Assembly: GCA_964565875.1 (NCBI GenBank)
Contig: CAZMGP010000028.1
Location: 158-64,157 of the forward strand
Direction: 5' to 3'
Length of the DNA stretch: 64,000 nucleotides
Source of the DNA: an uncultured Enterobacteriaceae bacterium
GTDB taxonomy: Bacteria > Pseudomonadota > Gammaproteobacteria > Burkholderiales > SG8-39
Numbering within the stretch: position 1 is the first letter of the stretch; every line of letters begins with the position of its first letter. Shown piece after piece: positions 38,394 through 48,201 of this stretch. The notes below the pieces were generated by a model. It did no database searches. It worked only from the letters and a program-made list of their open reading frames with translations, and had not been told where the DNA came from. Made by a program: the position numbers and the translations under genes.

Positions 38394-39374
38394 TTACTCG
38401 ACCTTGATCTTGGCTTCGCGGATGAATCGCGACCAGCGCTCGATTTCCGCGTGCTGGTACCGTGCAAGTTCCTCCGAGCTGCTCACAACCAAATCGACCG
38501 CGAGGTCGTCGAGGTGCGCTACGGTGTCCGACTGCGTCGCGGCAGCCGCGATGGTATTGCGGATCTTCGCCACGATTTCCGATGGCGTACCCTTCGGCGC
38601 AAACACGGCATACCAGGTGACGATATTGAATCCTTGCACGCCGTCTTCGATCATCGTCGGTAGATCGGAAGCCGCTTTCGCGCGTGACGTGCCCGTGACC
38701 GCCAAGCCTTTGAGCTTTCCGCTTCTTACGTAGGGCAGCGCGCTCGGCATGTAGTCGAACGTCAGGGACACGTGTCCCGCCATGAGATCGGTGAGAGCCG
38801 GGGCACTGCCGCGATAGGGCACATGAACGATGTCGACCTGTGCGAGCCTGCGAAACATCTCACCGGCGAGATGCGATGCGGTACCCGCGCCCGCAGAGGC
38901 GTAGGTCAATTTGCCGGGATTGGCTTTTGCGTAGCTAATGAGTTCTTTGACGTTGCTAATCGGCAGCGACGGAGTGACTGCGAGCAGGTTGGGCAGCGTG
39001 GCGAGCAGCGTAACCGGCGCGAAGTCCTTTTCCGGGTTGTAGGTGATCTTCTTGTAAAGGCTGGCATTGACTGCATGCGTACCGATCGTTCCAAGAACGA
39101 TGGTGTAGCCGTCAGGCGCCGCGTGCGCGACCAGTTCCGTGCCGATAATGCCGCCGGCTCCGGAGCGGTTTTCCACCACCACCGGCTGGCCCCAGGCTTC
39201 CGACATCTTTTGGGCAAATATGCGCGCAAGGATATCGGTCGTACCCCCTGGCGGAAACGGCACGACGAACTTAACAGTCTGATTTGGATAGCTATCTGCG
39301 AACGCTGCGACTGTCACCACACTCGCCGCCACCGCGACCAAGCAGCGATATGCCCATTTGCTAATGCGCATCAC
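38394..39374 (-). CDS. Bug/TctC TTT substrate-binding protein
   Basis: VVPFPPGGTTD, APDGYT, HVPYRG motifs. Confidence 0.93.
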   Translation of the reverse strand: MMRISKWAYRCLVAVAASVVTVAAFADSYPNQTVKFVVPFPPGGTTDILARIFAQKMSEAWGQPVVVENRSGAGGIIGTELVAHAAPDGYTIVLGTIGTHAVNASLYKKITYNPEKDFAPVTLLATLPNLLAVTPSLPISNVKELISYAKANPGKLTYASAGAGTASHLAGEMFRRLAQVDIVHVPYRGSAPALTDLMAGHVSLTFDYMPSALPYVRSGKLKGLAVTGTSRAKAASDLPTMIEDGVQGFNIVTWYAVFAPKGTPSEIVAKIRNTIAAAATQSDTVAHLDDLAVDLVVSSSEELARYQHAEIERWSRFIREAKIKVE

Positions 39375-39469
39375 GGACCTCCTCCTTAAGATGGCAACTA
39401 CAGCCGCCCTCCCTTGGCGGCTGGATTATTTCTTCGCTACGCGTTAACCCTACGTATTCCATGTACTCT

Positions 39470-39485
39470 AAATGGTATACCATTT
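39470..39485. promoter_or_regulatory. Putative GntR/FadR operator
   Basis: Perfect palindrome AAATGGTATACCATTT in a divergent intergenic region. Confidence 0.75.
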
Positions 39486-39828
39486 GATGTCAATCGCACA
39501 TTTTCCTGTTATGATCAGACACCATCTTGAGCGTTGGATATTATCTAGCGAAGACGCTCCAACTCTCAGCGCTGAAACGCGGCAGCACGGCGAAGGTCTA
39601 TGGCACTAGGGAACGAAATCGTCTTGGAGGCGCAAGAAACCGTTATGAAGAAGGAGCGTCGCCACGCAGCCCCCAGCGACAAACCGAGAAAAATCGCAGG
39701 TACCGCGCCATCTCGCACAGATGGAGCGCGGACAGCGGCAGGTTCCCGCGCACGGAGCCCGATAACAATATGATTGATCTGCGTGCGCTGCCTAGCCGAA
39801 GGTCCAAATTCCAACGAATCCGAGGAGG

Positions 39829-41070
39829 TTGATGATGAAACGAATGAAATTCTCGCTCATAGCCGCAGCGCTTCTCGCCTTCGGCACCTGTCAGGCGGCG
39901 GCGCCAAGCGCCGGCGCGAAGGCCGGAGCCGCGTCCGGCGACGTCGTGAAGATCGCGGTACTGACCGACATGTCGGGGCCCTATTCGGACATCGGTGGCC
40001 CCGGTTCGGTCGAAATGGCGCGCATGGCTGTCGCCGACTTCGGCGGCAAGGTTTTAGGCAAGCCGATCGAAGTCATTTTTGGCGACCACCAAAATAAGGC
40101 AGATGTTTCATCGCAGATGGTGCGCGGGTGGATCGACACCCAAGGCGTCGACATGATCGTCGATGCGAACAATTCCGCCGTCGCCCTCGCCGTGGCGAAG
40201 ATCGTCACGGAAAAGAAGCGCATCTTCATCGCCGGCGGCGTAGGCACGACCCGCCTCACCAATGAAGACTGCAGCCCCTATGTGGTTCAGTACATCTTCG
40301 ACACCTACGCCCTCGGCAACGGCACCGCCCGCGCGATCGTCAAGAACGGCGGAAAGTCCTGGTTCTTCCTCACCGTCGACTACGCCTTCGGGCACGCCTT
40401 GGCCCAGGACGCGGCGAGCGCCGTGCGCGCATCGGGCGGAACCGTGATCGGCGAGGCGCGCCATCCTCTGAACACCTCCGACTTCGCCTCTTATATGCTG
40501 CAAGCGCAGAGTTCCAAGGCGCAGGTCATCGGGCTTGCCAATTCGGGCAACGACACCATCAACGCAATCAAGTCGGCGAACGAATTCGGCCTCACCAAGA
40601 ATCAGACGCTCGCCGGATTGCTGGTATTCAGCACCGACATCCACAGCCTCGGCCTTGGGCTGACCCAGGGCATGTTGATGACCGATGGCTGGTATTGGGA
40701 CTACAACGACGACACACGCAAGCTCGGCCGGCGCTTCTTCGAAAAGATGAAACGCATGCCGACGATGACTCAGGCCGGCGTCTACTCCGCCACCTTGAGC
40801 TACCTAAAGGCAGTGCGTGCAGCGGGAACCGACAACGCCGATGCGGTCATGACCGAATTGAAGAAGATGAAGATCAACGACAGCTTCGCCAAGAACGCCT
40901 ACATCCGCCAGGATGGGCGCATGATGCACGACATGTACCTGATGCAGGTGAAGAAGCCTTCCGAATCGAAGTATCCCTGGGATTACTACCACATCAAGGC
41001 GGTAATTCCGGCGGAGGAGGCGTTCCAGCCGCTTTCTCTGTCTAAGTGTTCGTTGGTCACCAAGAAATAA
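39829..41070 (+). CDS. ABC substrate-binding protein (Leu/Ile/Val-binding family), paralog 1
   Basis: Signal peptide, LTDMSG, DHQNKAD, WFFLTVDYAFG, DGRMMHDMYL motifs. Confidence 0.92.
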   Translation: MMMKRMKFSLIAAALLAFGTCQAAAPSAGAKAGAASGDVVKIAVLTDMSGPYSDIGGPGSVEMARMAVADFGGKVLGKPIEVIFGDHQNKADVSSQMVRGWIDTQGVDMIVDANNSAVALAVAKIVTEKKRIFIAGGVGTTRLTNEDCSPYVVQYIFDTYALGNGTARAIVKNGGKSWFFLTVDYAFGHALAQDAASAVRASGGTVIGEARHPLNTSDFASYMLQAQSSKAQVIGLANSGNDTINAIKSANEFGLTKNQTLAGLLVFSTDIHSLGLGLTQGMLMTDGWYWDYNDDTRKLGRRFFEKMKRMPTMTQAGVYSATLSYLKAVRAAGTDNADAVMTELKKMKINDSFAKNAYIRQDGRMMHDMYLMQVKKPSESKYPWDYYHIKAVIPAEEAFQPLSLSKCSLVTKK

Positions 41071-41077
41071 TTCGCCA

Positions 41078-41106
41078 ATCGGACCGCGGTCGTGCCGCGG
41101 TCCGAT
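41078..41106. terminator. Hairpin between convergent genes
   Basis: ATCGGACCGCGG-TCGTG-CCGCGGTCCGAT, perfect 12-bp stem, no strong U-tract. Confidence 0.55.
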
Positions 41107-41123
41107 CGCAGGCCTGATTTCCT

Positions 41124-41975
41124 TCACTTCTTATCGGCGTCCGCCCATTTCGGTTTGATCATCTGGCCCGGGAGGCCGGACCACGCGACCGGCGCACCTG
41201 CGACTTCGGCGGCCTTCGACGGCGGGAGACTCGAATCCCAGCGGGCGGCAATGAACCGCCGCGCGGTTGTCTGCGATGCCTCTTCCGATACGAGCCATAC
41301 CAAGGGCGCGGCCATGATTTCAGGTTGCAGCATTGAGCTTCGATCGAAGCCTGCCGCCGCAGGTATGAAAGCGGTGTTGGTTGGCCCGCCGGGCACGAGA
41401 ATATTGGCGGTCACGCCCGTGCCGGCGAGTTCAGCCGCCATGACCGCGGTAAACGCCTCGGTCGCCGCCTTGGTCGGGCCGTAGGGCACGAATCCCGCCC
41501 GCAGCATGGAATCAAGACTCGTCGTGATGTTGACGATACGGCCCCACTTGCGCGAAATCATATCCGGCACGACCGTCCGCGAAAGCAGGAACGGCGATTG
41601 CGAATTGACGGCAAAGAACTTCATCCATTGCGCGGGCGTCACTTCGTAAAAGCGCAAGGGACGTTGCCAATTGTCGGGTCGGATGGTCGCCTGCCCCACG
41701 CCGGCGTTGTTAACCAGGATGTCGACACGCGAGAACTTCGCGATCACAGCGGAAACGATGACGTCGATCTGTTCCGGATTGCTGAGATCCGCATCCACCG
41801 TCAGGATCGAGTCACCGCAACCTTCAGTCAAAGCAATTGCCCGCAGCGCCTCTAGCGACGTGCGATCGGTGTCAACAGCCGCGACTCTCCGTCCGCTGCG
41901 CAAGAGCCCAAGTACCATCGCGCGCCCCAAACCCTTCGCCCCGCCCGTTACTATGGCTACTCGTGGATCGTTCAT
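41124..41975 (-). CDS. SDR oxidoreductase
   Basis: TGGAKGLG, LVNNAG, YGPTK motifs. Confidence 0.92.
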   Translation of the reverse strand: MNDPRVAIVTGGAKGLGRAMVLGLLRSGRRVAAVDTDRTSLEALRAIALTEGCGDSILTVDADLSNPEQIDVIVSAVIAKFSRVDILVNNAGVGQATIRPDNWQRPLRFYEVTPAQWMKFFAVNSQSPFLLSRTVVPDMISRKWGRIVNITTSLDSMLRAGFVPYGPTKAATEAFTAVMAAELAGTGVTANILVPGGPTNTAFIPAAAGFDRSSMLQPEIMAAPLVWLVSEEASQTTARRFIAARWDSSLPPSKAAEVAGAPVAWSGLPGQMIKPKWADADKK

Positions 41976-42071
41976 AAGGTGCCTCGCTCCTTTCGTCTGC
42001 CTTTATGCGTCCGCGGCCCGAAGTGCCGCAGCCGATGAATCATGTTCTGTGCCATGCGCTCGTTACGTCGG

Positions 42072-43112
42072 TCATACGGTCGCCACCGGTGTTACCGGTG
42101 AACCGACCGCGCCGGGCAGATGCAATGGCGGCGCTGTGAGCAAGAAGCGCGAACGGCCTTTCGCGCCGAGATAGTCGGCAAGATCCTTTAGCCACCACAG
42201 TTCGGCCAGCGGAACGCCCAACTTGAATAGGCAATGCTCGTGCAGTGGAAGGGCGGGCCTCCTTCCCAGCGCCTGCTTCGCGGGCACGCCCTCGACCGCG
42301 TAGTTGTCGGCGCAGATCGCCGCGACGCCGGAATCCGTAATCCATTGGAGTAGTTCCGAATCGCGGCCGTCCAAGACGCTCGCCGTCTTGTTCAACACCG
42401 CAATATCCGGCACGCGCTTCATTTCCATCAACACCTCGGTGAATCCGGTGCGAAGGAGCAGCATGTCGCCCTCCTCGATGACAATGCGGTCGACCTCGAG
42501 AATGCGCCTAAGATCCTGGCAACTCACATAACGTCGATCAAGGCCAAAATGCTTCTTCAGGTCCAGGAGCACGCCGCGCCCTTGAATGGCCTTGCGTGCC
42601 ATCTTCGACACGTCCAATGCCCGCGTGCCGTACGGACCTTCGACTGGAACATCGTCCCCGTCGCGATAGTCGAGCGGACCGACGATATGTTCGTTGGCAC
42701 GGTAGCCGTTGTAATAGACTTTTTCCTCGACGCCTGAGCCACCCACATCGAAGGTCCCGCCCATGTGAGCGAGCGAATCCCACTGGGTCGAATACTGCAG
42801 CGCCAAGGTCACTTGGTCGTCCGACATCACATCGGTATTGCGGCCATCGACGCGGGACAGTGGGAAATTGAAGCAAGGACAGCCGTCGCGCGAAATCGGC
42901 GAAAGTTTGGGCGGATGTCGGTGCGGGTTGAGCACCGCGCCGCCGGGGTAATCCAGGGGCATGCTGAGTCCGAACACGATTCCGTCATGGACCTCGGCAA
43001 TGCCCTGCCTTACCTTCTCCGGCGTGAGCAGGTTCAGCCGTCCGAGTTGATCATCCTCGCCGAAGTCACCCCACGTCGACCCTTCCGGGCGCCGCACCCA
43101 GCGTTTTGCCAT
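42072..43112 (-). CDS. Cyclase family metal-dependent hydrolase (kynurenine formamidase-like)
   Basis: WGDFGEDDQLGRLN, QYSTQWDSLAH, GRGVLLD, GDMLLLRTG, ADNYAVE motifs. Confidence 0.88.
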   Translation of the reverse strand: MAKRWVRRPEGSTWGDFGEDDQLGRLNLLTPEKVRQGIAEVHDGIVFGLSMPLDYPGGAVLNPHRHPPKLSPISRDGCPCFNFPLSRVDGRNTDVMSDDQVTLALQYSTQWDSLAHMGGTFDVGGSGVEEKVYYNGYRANEHIVGPLDYRDGDDVPVEGPYGTRALDVSKMARKAIQGRGVLLDLKKHFGLDRRYVSCQDLRRILEVDRIVIEEGDMLLLRTGFTEVLMEMKRVPDIAVLNKTASVLDGRDSELLQWITDSGVAAICADNYAVEGVPAKQALGRRPALPLHEHCLFKLGVPLAELWWLKDLADYLGAKGRSRFLLTAPPLHLPGAVGSPVTPVATV

Positions 43113-43246
43113 ATTTCGAGCCCTCCTCGAGGCGCCGCATCACGCAGCTCGGCGTCGGCCGATAGACATTTCGCGGCCTGACGCGCTGACGCTAGCGCAT
43201 AGGCCGGTTCGCGACCTGCTTCGCCGGCACGCGTGACGACATAGTA

Positions 43247-43262
43247 CGATGGTATACCATCG
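43247..43262. promoter_or_regulatory. Putative GntR/FadR operator
   Basis: Perfect palindrome CGATGGTATACCATCG in a divergent intergenic region. Confidence 0.75.
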
Positions 43263-43507
43263 ACGGTCAATCGCACGCCAACTTTATATTTCTTGACACC
43301 ATTTTACCGCTTAGATATTGTAAGCATCGTTGCAATGGCTATCTGGCGCACACCTTCCTCCATGCTTAACCGACCCGACTTTCAACTCGGTTTCGTATTG
43401 GAGTTCCCCTCACCGCGCTGGATTCCCGTCGGCCCACGCAAGGTTCGGTTCGCCCACGCGGACACACTTCGATACTCATACATACATTCCATTGGAGGAG
43501 GTTCACC

Positions 43508-44743
43508 GTGAGACGCAAAATCTTTCCCACCCTGTTGGTAGCCGCTTTAACCGCAGTGAGCGCAGTTTCCTACGCTGAAGACCGCTCCGCCAAGCCTGGC
43601 GCGATATCCGGCGACGTCGTCAAGATCGGCGTGCTCACCGATATGGCCGGGCCCAATTCTGACTTGGCCGGCCCCGGCTCCGTAGAAGCCGCGCGCATGG
43701 CGATAGCGGATTTCGGCGGCAAGGTGCTCGGGAAGCCGGTCGAATTGATATATGCGGACCACCAGAACAAGACCGACATCGGATCTGAAACAGTGAGATC
43801 CTGGATCGACACGCAGGGCGTGGACATGGTCGCCGACGCCAACAACTCCGCCGTGGCTCTTGCCGTTGCCAAGGTCGTTACGGAAAAGAAGCGCATCCTG
43901 ATGGCGGGTGGCGCTGCGACCGTGCGCCTGACAAACGAAGATTGCAGTCCCTACGTGGTCCACTACGTGTACGACACCTACGCTCTGGCGAATGGCACCG
44001 CCCGTGCGGTAGTGCAGAGCGGGGGAAAATCGTGGTTCTTCCTTACGGTGGACTACGCGTTCGGCCAAGCACTCGAACAGGACGCCGCGAACGCGGTGCG
44101 CGCTGCAGGCGGCACCGTGGTTGGGCAAGTTCGCCACCCGCTCAACGCCGCGGATTTCGCCTCATTCATGCTTCAGGCGCAATCTTCTAAGGCGCAGGTA
44201 ATCGGCCTCGCCAACTCCGGCAATGACGCGATCAACGCCATCAAAGCGGCGAACGAATTCGGCATCACCAAGAACAAGATGCTCGCCGGGCTGTTAGTGT
44301 TTAGCACAGACATACATGCCCTTGGGCTCAACGCCACGCAGGGCATGCTGCTGACGGACGGGTGGTACTGGGATTACGACGAAGATACGCGCAAACTTGG
44401 GCGCCGTTTTTTTGAAAAGATGAAGAAGATGCCGACCTTAACCCAAGCCGGCGTGTACTCGGCAGTGCTTAGTTACCTAAAAGCGGTACGAGCAGCAGGC
44501 ACCGACGATGCGGGCAAGGTCATGGTCGAGTTAAAGAAGCTGAAGATCAACGACGGGTTCGCGAAGAACGCCTATATCCGTGCGGACGGACGCATGATGC
44601 ACGACATGTATCTCATGCAGGTGAAGAAGCCGTCCGAATCCAAGTATCCGTGGGACTACTACAAAGTGAAAGCTGTCATTCCGGCGGAACAGGCGTTTCA
44701 GCCGCTCTCGCTGTCCAGGTGCCCGCTGATCAAGAAGCAGTGA
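43508..44743 (+). CDS. ABC substrate-binding protein, paralog 2
   Basis: Close paralog of 39829-41070, with shared stretches such as MLQAQSSKAQVIGLANSGND and DGRMMHDMYLMQVKKPSESKYPWDYY. Confidence 0.92.
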   Translation: MRRKIFPTLLVAALTAVSAVSYAEDRSAKPGAISGDVVKIGVLTDMAGPNSDLAGPGSVEAARMAIADFGGKVLGKPVELIYADHQNKTDIGSETVRSWIDTQGVDMVADANNSAVALAVAKVVTEKKRILMAGGAATVRLTNEDCSPYVVHYVYDTYALANGTARAVVQSGGKSWFFLTVDYAFGQALEQDAANAVRAAGGTVVGQVRHPLNAADFASFMLQAQSSKAQVIGLANSGNDAINAIKAANEFGITKNKMLAGLLVFSTDIHALGLNATQGMLLTDGWYWDYDEDTRKLGRRFFEKMKKMPTLTQAGVYSAVLSYLKAVRAAGTDDAGKVMVELKKLKINDGFAKNAYIRADGRMMHDMYLMQVKKPSESKYPWDYYKVKAVIPAEQAFQPLSLSRCPLIKKQ

Positions 44744-44755
44744 CTCGTAGGACTG

Positions 44756-44783
44756 CTCCGAGGGCGCCTTGGCGCCCCCGGAG
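44756..44783. terminator. GC-rich hairpin between convergent genes
   Basis: CTCCGAGGGCGCC-TT-GGCGCCCCCGGAG. Confidence 0.45.
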
Positions 44784-44877
44784 GACCGATCGCGATCGCT
44801 TAAGCTGATGGACGAAGGAGCCTGCTCGCGCGAGCCTGGAGTTTTTGAAGTCGGCCTAGCGGCAGCCGGGCTTACTA

Positions 44878-45657
44878 TCAGCGGAAGCGGCTGAAATCCG
44901 GCTTGCGTTTTTCGAGGAAGGCGCTCGCCCCCTCGGTCTGCTCGCCGGTGGAGAAATACTGCGGCGAGACTTCTTGGATCAAGTCATCCATGTCTCGATC
45001 CATGATCGGCTTCATATGGTCATAGAGCGAACGCTTCACCACCTTGAGGCAGGTCGGGCTCACCGCAAGCAACTCGTCGCACCATTTCTTCACTTCCTCG
45101 TCGAGCTTCGCCATCGGCACTACAGCATTGACCAAGCCCCAATCGTAGGCTTGTTTCGCCGTGTAGCGGCGGCATAACATCCACAGTTCTCTCGCGCGCT
45201 TGTGGCCGATCACGTTCGCCGCGTGCGCGACGATATGCCCGCCTGCTGGCGAACCGACGCGAGGTCCGTTCTGGCCGAAGATCGCGTGCTCGGCGGCGAT
45301 GGTGAAATCGCAGAAATAGGCGATGTGATGGCCTGCCCCGATCGCGTAGCCGTTGACCCGCGCGATCACCGGCTTGTCGCATTGGGCGATTTCGCGGTTG
45401 AGGAAGAATTTCATGCCCTGCAGCCCGCTTTTGCCGCCCGAGCCCTTTTCCCAGTTGACGTCGCCGCCGACGCAGAAGGAGCGCTCGCCGGCGCCGGTAA
45501 GCACGATCACCCCGACTTTATGGTCGGCCGCCGCCTCGGCGAGGCGCGCCTGAATTTCCTTGTAGTTGTCGCCGGTGAAGGCGTTCAGCACCTTCGGCCG
45601 GTTGATGGTAATCGTGGCGACGTAATCTTTGACTTCGTAGATGATTTCTTTTTCCAT
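44878..45657 (-). CDS. BadI/MenB-subfamily crotonase (2-ketocyclohexanecarboxyl-CoA hydrolase-like)
   Basis: ITINRPKVLNAF, VGVIVLTGAGERSFCVGGD, FGQNGPRVGS, ARELWMLCRRYTA motifs. Confidence 0.87.
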   Translation of the reverse strand: MEKEIIYEVKDYVATITINRPKVLNAFTGDNYKEIQARLAEAAADHKVGVIVLTGAGERSFCVGGDVNWEKGSGGKSGLQGMKFFLNREIAQCDKPVIARVNGYAIGAGHHIAYFCDFTIAAEHAIFGQNGPRVGSPAGGHIVAHAANVIGHKRARELWMLCRRYTAKQAYDWGLVNAVVPMAKLDEEVKKWCDELLAVSPTCLKVVKRSLYDHMKPIMDRDMDDLIQEVSPQYFSTGEQTEGASAFLEKRKPDFSRFR

Positions 45658-45734
45658 TTTTCCTGCGTCCTGTTGACGGTCCGTATAAAGACAAAACTAG
45701 CGGCGATGCGCCGGCATCTCGCCGGCGGACAAAC

Positions 45735-47249
45735 TCATTTTCCCGGCGCGTTCGATTGCGCAGCCAATTTGCGCAATTCGATCTTCTGTATCTTTCCCGT
45801 GGGCGTCAAAGGCAGCGCGTCCACGATCACAAAGCGACGCGGCACCTTGTAGCTCGACAGCTGCTGGCGGCAGTGCGCCTCGAGCGCCTCCGCCGCGGCC
45901 GCCCCGGCCTCCCGCAAAACGACGTAGGCGACGGGCAACTCCCCCATCACGCGATCCGGAACACCGATCAAGGCGCACATCTGCACTGCAGGGTGCGTGC
46001 CGAGCACCCCTTCCACCTCGGCGGGGTAGATATTGGCGCCGCCGGTGATGATCATGTCCTTGGCGCGATCCAGGATGCGCAAGAAGCATCCGTCCTCCAG
46101 CACCCCGATATCGCCCGTCTGGAACCAGCCGTCCGGAAGCGACTCGGGATTGACCCGTCCCTGCTGCCAATAGCCCTTGATAGCCGTCAGCCCGCGCGCG
46201 TAGATCTCGCCTGGCGTTCCCGGCGGAACCGGCTTTCCGTCCCTGCCCAGGAGCTTCAGCTCGATGGTGCCACCCGGCGTTCCGGCGCAGCCGAGCTTGC
46301 GTGGCGCCCCGAGCATCTCGCGCGAAATCGCGCCGGCCTCGGTCGCACCATAGATATTGAGCAGCGTCGCCCCGCTCAGCGATTCGAATCTCTCGATGAC
46401 TTCCGGAGCGATCGGCGCGCCCGCCGTCGAGCATAGCCGCAGGCTCTTCAGCGCGCCCAACTGCTCTGCCTTCTTGTCGACGAGCAAGGTGTACATGGTG
46501 GGCACCGCGAAGAAGCTCGTCACCTTATGTTTCCCCACCAGGTCGCAGCATCGGTCCACGTCGAAGCGGTTAAGAATCACGATCGTGCCGCCCGCCAGCA
46601 CTATCGGGATGATTCCGTGCATCGGTGCGACCGTCCAGAACATCGGGGTCATCACCAGGAACACTTCGGACGGAGTGTAACGGCAGGCAATGACCCAGCT
46701 ATGGGCGAGATGGCTCGCGAACTCGTGATCGATCGGCGCGCCCTTGGGTTTGCCGGTCGTGCCCGAAGTGAAGAACAGCGCGAGCACATCATCCGAGGCG
46801 CGATCCGCCGCTGCGCCGCCCAGCTTGTCGTCGCCGATCCAACGCGCGAACAAGCCGCTCGGGTCGTCATACGAGGACAACTGATAGCCGAATTTCGGTT
46901 GCAACGAGCGCGCAGTGGCTTCGCCCTCTCCCGTCGTCAGTATCAGGCGAATCCCGCTTTCAGCGAGGATATGTTCGAGTTCCGCCGGGCGCAGCATGAC
47001 GTTGAGCGGAACCAGGATGTAACCACCGTGGATCGCCGCAAACAGGGTCACTACGAGTTCCCAGCGATTGTTGCCGTGATAGGACACGCGGTCACCCGGC
47101 TTGAGGCCGAGCGCCCGCATGCCGGCGGCCACGCGCGTGACCGCCTGGTACAACTCTGCGTAGGTAAGCGCGGTCTCGCCGTCCTTCAGCGCGATCTTCT
47201 GCGGAAAGCGTGAGGCTGAGTTCTGCAGAAACTCTCCGACGATGTTCAC
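45735..47249 (-). CDS. Acyl-CoA ligase (AMP-forming)
   Basis: FTSGTTGKPKG, YGATE, WFQTGD, DRAKDMIITGGANIYPAEVE, TGKIQK motifs. Confidence 0.94.
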   Translation of the reverse strand: MNIVGEFLQNSASRFPQKIALKDGETALTYAELYQAVTRVAAGMRALGLKPGDRVSYHGNNRWELVVTLFAAIHGGYILVPLNVMLRPAELEHILAESGIRLILTTGEGEATARSLQPKFGYQLSSYDDPSGLFARWIGDDKLGGAAADRASDDVLALFFTSGTTGKPKGAPIDHEFASHLAHSWVIACRYTPSEVFLVMTPMFWTVAPMHGIIPIVLAGGTIVILNRFDVDRCCDLVGKHKVTSFFAVPTMYTLLVDKKAEQLGALKSLRLCSTAGAPIAPEVIERFESLSGATLLNIYGATEAGAISREMLGAPRKLGCAGTPGGTIELKLLGRDGKPVPPGTPGEIYARGLTAIKGYWQQGRVNPESLPDGWFQTGDIGVLEDGCFLRILDRAKDMIITGGANIYPAEVEGVLGTHPAVQMCALIGVPDRVMGELPVAYVVLREAGAAAAEALEAHCRQQLSSYKVPRRFVIVDALPLTPTGKIQKIELRKLAAQSNAPGK

Positions 47250-47263
47250 GCGCGTTCCCTCCG

Positions 47264-48022
47264 TTAGAGCATCGTGAGGCCGCCGGATACGCTCAGCACT
47301 TGGCCCGTCACGAAGCTCGAATCGTCGGAGACCATGAACAGCACCGCCTTCGCGATCTCCTCAGGCTTGCCGAAGCGCTTGAGCGGAATCCACTTCTGCA
47401 CCGAGCGCATGATCTTGCCCTTGTTCTCGTCGGCGAGGTTCGCCAGGAACTGCGGCGTCTCGGTCAATCCGGGACAAATGATGTTCACGCGGATACCGTT
47501 ACGCGCCTCTTCGCGCGCGAGCGTCTTGCCGAAGCCCAGCAGCGCCGCCTTTGCCCCCGCATACACCGCTTCGCCCGTGGAGCCCACGCGTGCCGCGTCG
47601 CTAGAAATGTAGACGATCGCGCCGCCGCCCGCCGCTCGCATGTAGGGCAGCACCGCATGGGTGACGGTCAGGTGGCCCTTGTAGTTGAGGTCGATCATCC
47701 AGTCCCAATGCGCCTCGTCGGAGTCGATGAAGATCTTCACTTCGTCGTAGCCCGCGTTGTTCACCAGGATATCGATCTTCTTGTACTTCTCGCCGATCTC
47801 CTTCACCAACTTGCGCACGTCGGCACTCTTGGTGATGTCGAGCTCATAGCCCTCGGCCTTGCCGCCAGATTTGCGGATCTTCTCTGCGACCGCCTTCGCG
47901 TTCGCCCCGTTCTTGTCCACGCTGATGACGGTGGCGCCTTCCTGCGCGAGGAGGATGCTATCGGCCTCCCCCATGCCGCGGCCGCCGCCCGTGATGATCG
48001 CAACCTTGTCCTTCAGCTTCAT
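47264..48022 (-). CDS. SDR, BadH-like (2-hydroxycyclohexanecarboxyl-CoA dehydrogenase-like)
   Basis: TGGGRGMG, NNAGYD, SSDAARVGSTGEAVYAGAK...KTLARE motifs. Confidence 0.87.
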   Translation of the reverse strand: MKLKDKVAIITGGGRGMGEADSILLAQEGATVISVDKNGANAKAVAEKIRKSGGKAEGYELDITKSADVRKLVKEIGEKYKKIDILVNNAGYDEVKIFIDSDEAHWDWMIDLNYKGHLTVTHAVLPYMRAAGGGAIVYISSDAARVGSTGEAVYAGAKAALLGFGKTLAREEARNGIRVNIICPGLTETPQFLANLADENKGKIMRSVQKWIPLKRFGKPEEIAKAVLFMVSDDSSFVTGQVLSVSGGLTML

Positions 48023-48201
48023 GATTAATCGCTCCTTGGATGAATGGTGGTGGTTAATCTGCTTATGTATGTGCGCTGCTTGTGTACTTGGTCTTCATGT
48101 TCGCCATGGAATTCCCGCGGACCTGCAAAGCGGCCGACGCAATCGACCAACCCCGCGGCAATCCGATCGTGCTCCCGAGCTCTGCCGCCGCGCGATCTCA
48201 C

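Noticed and set aside
39500-39820. Long leader before the SBP as a possible riboswitch/sRNA
   Set aside because: No known riboswitch consensus recognised by eye; needs an Rfam/Infernal scan.
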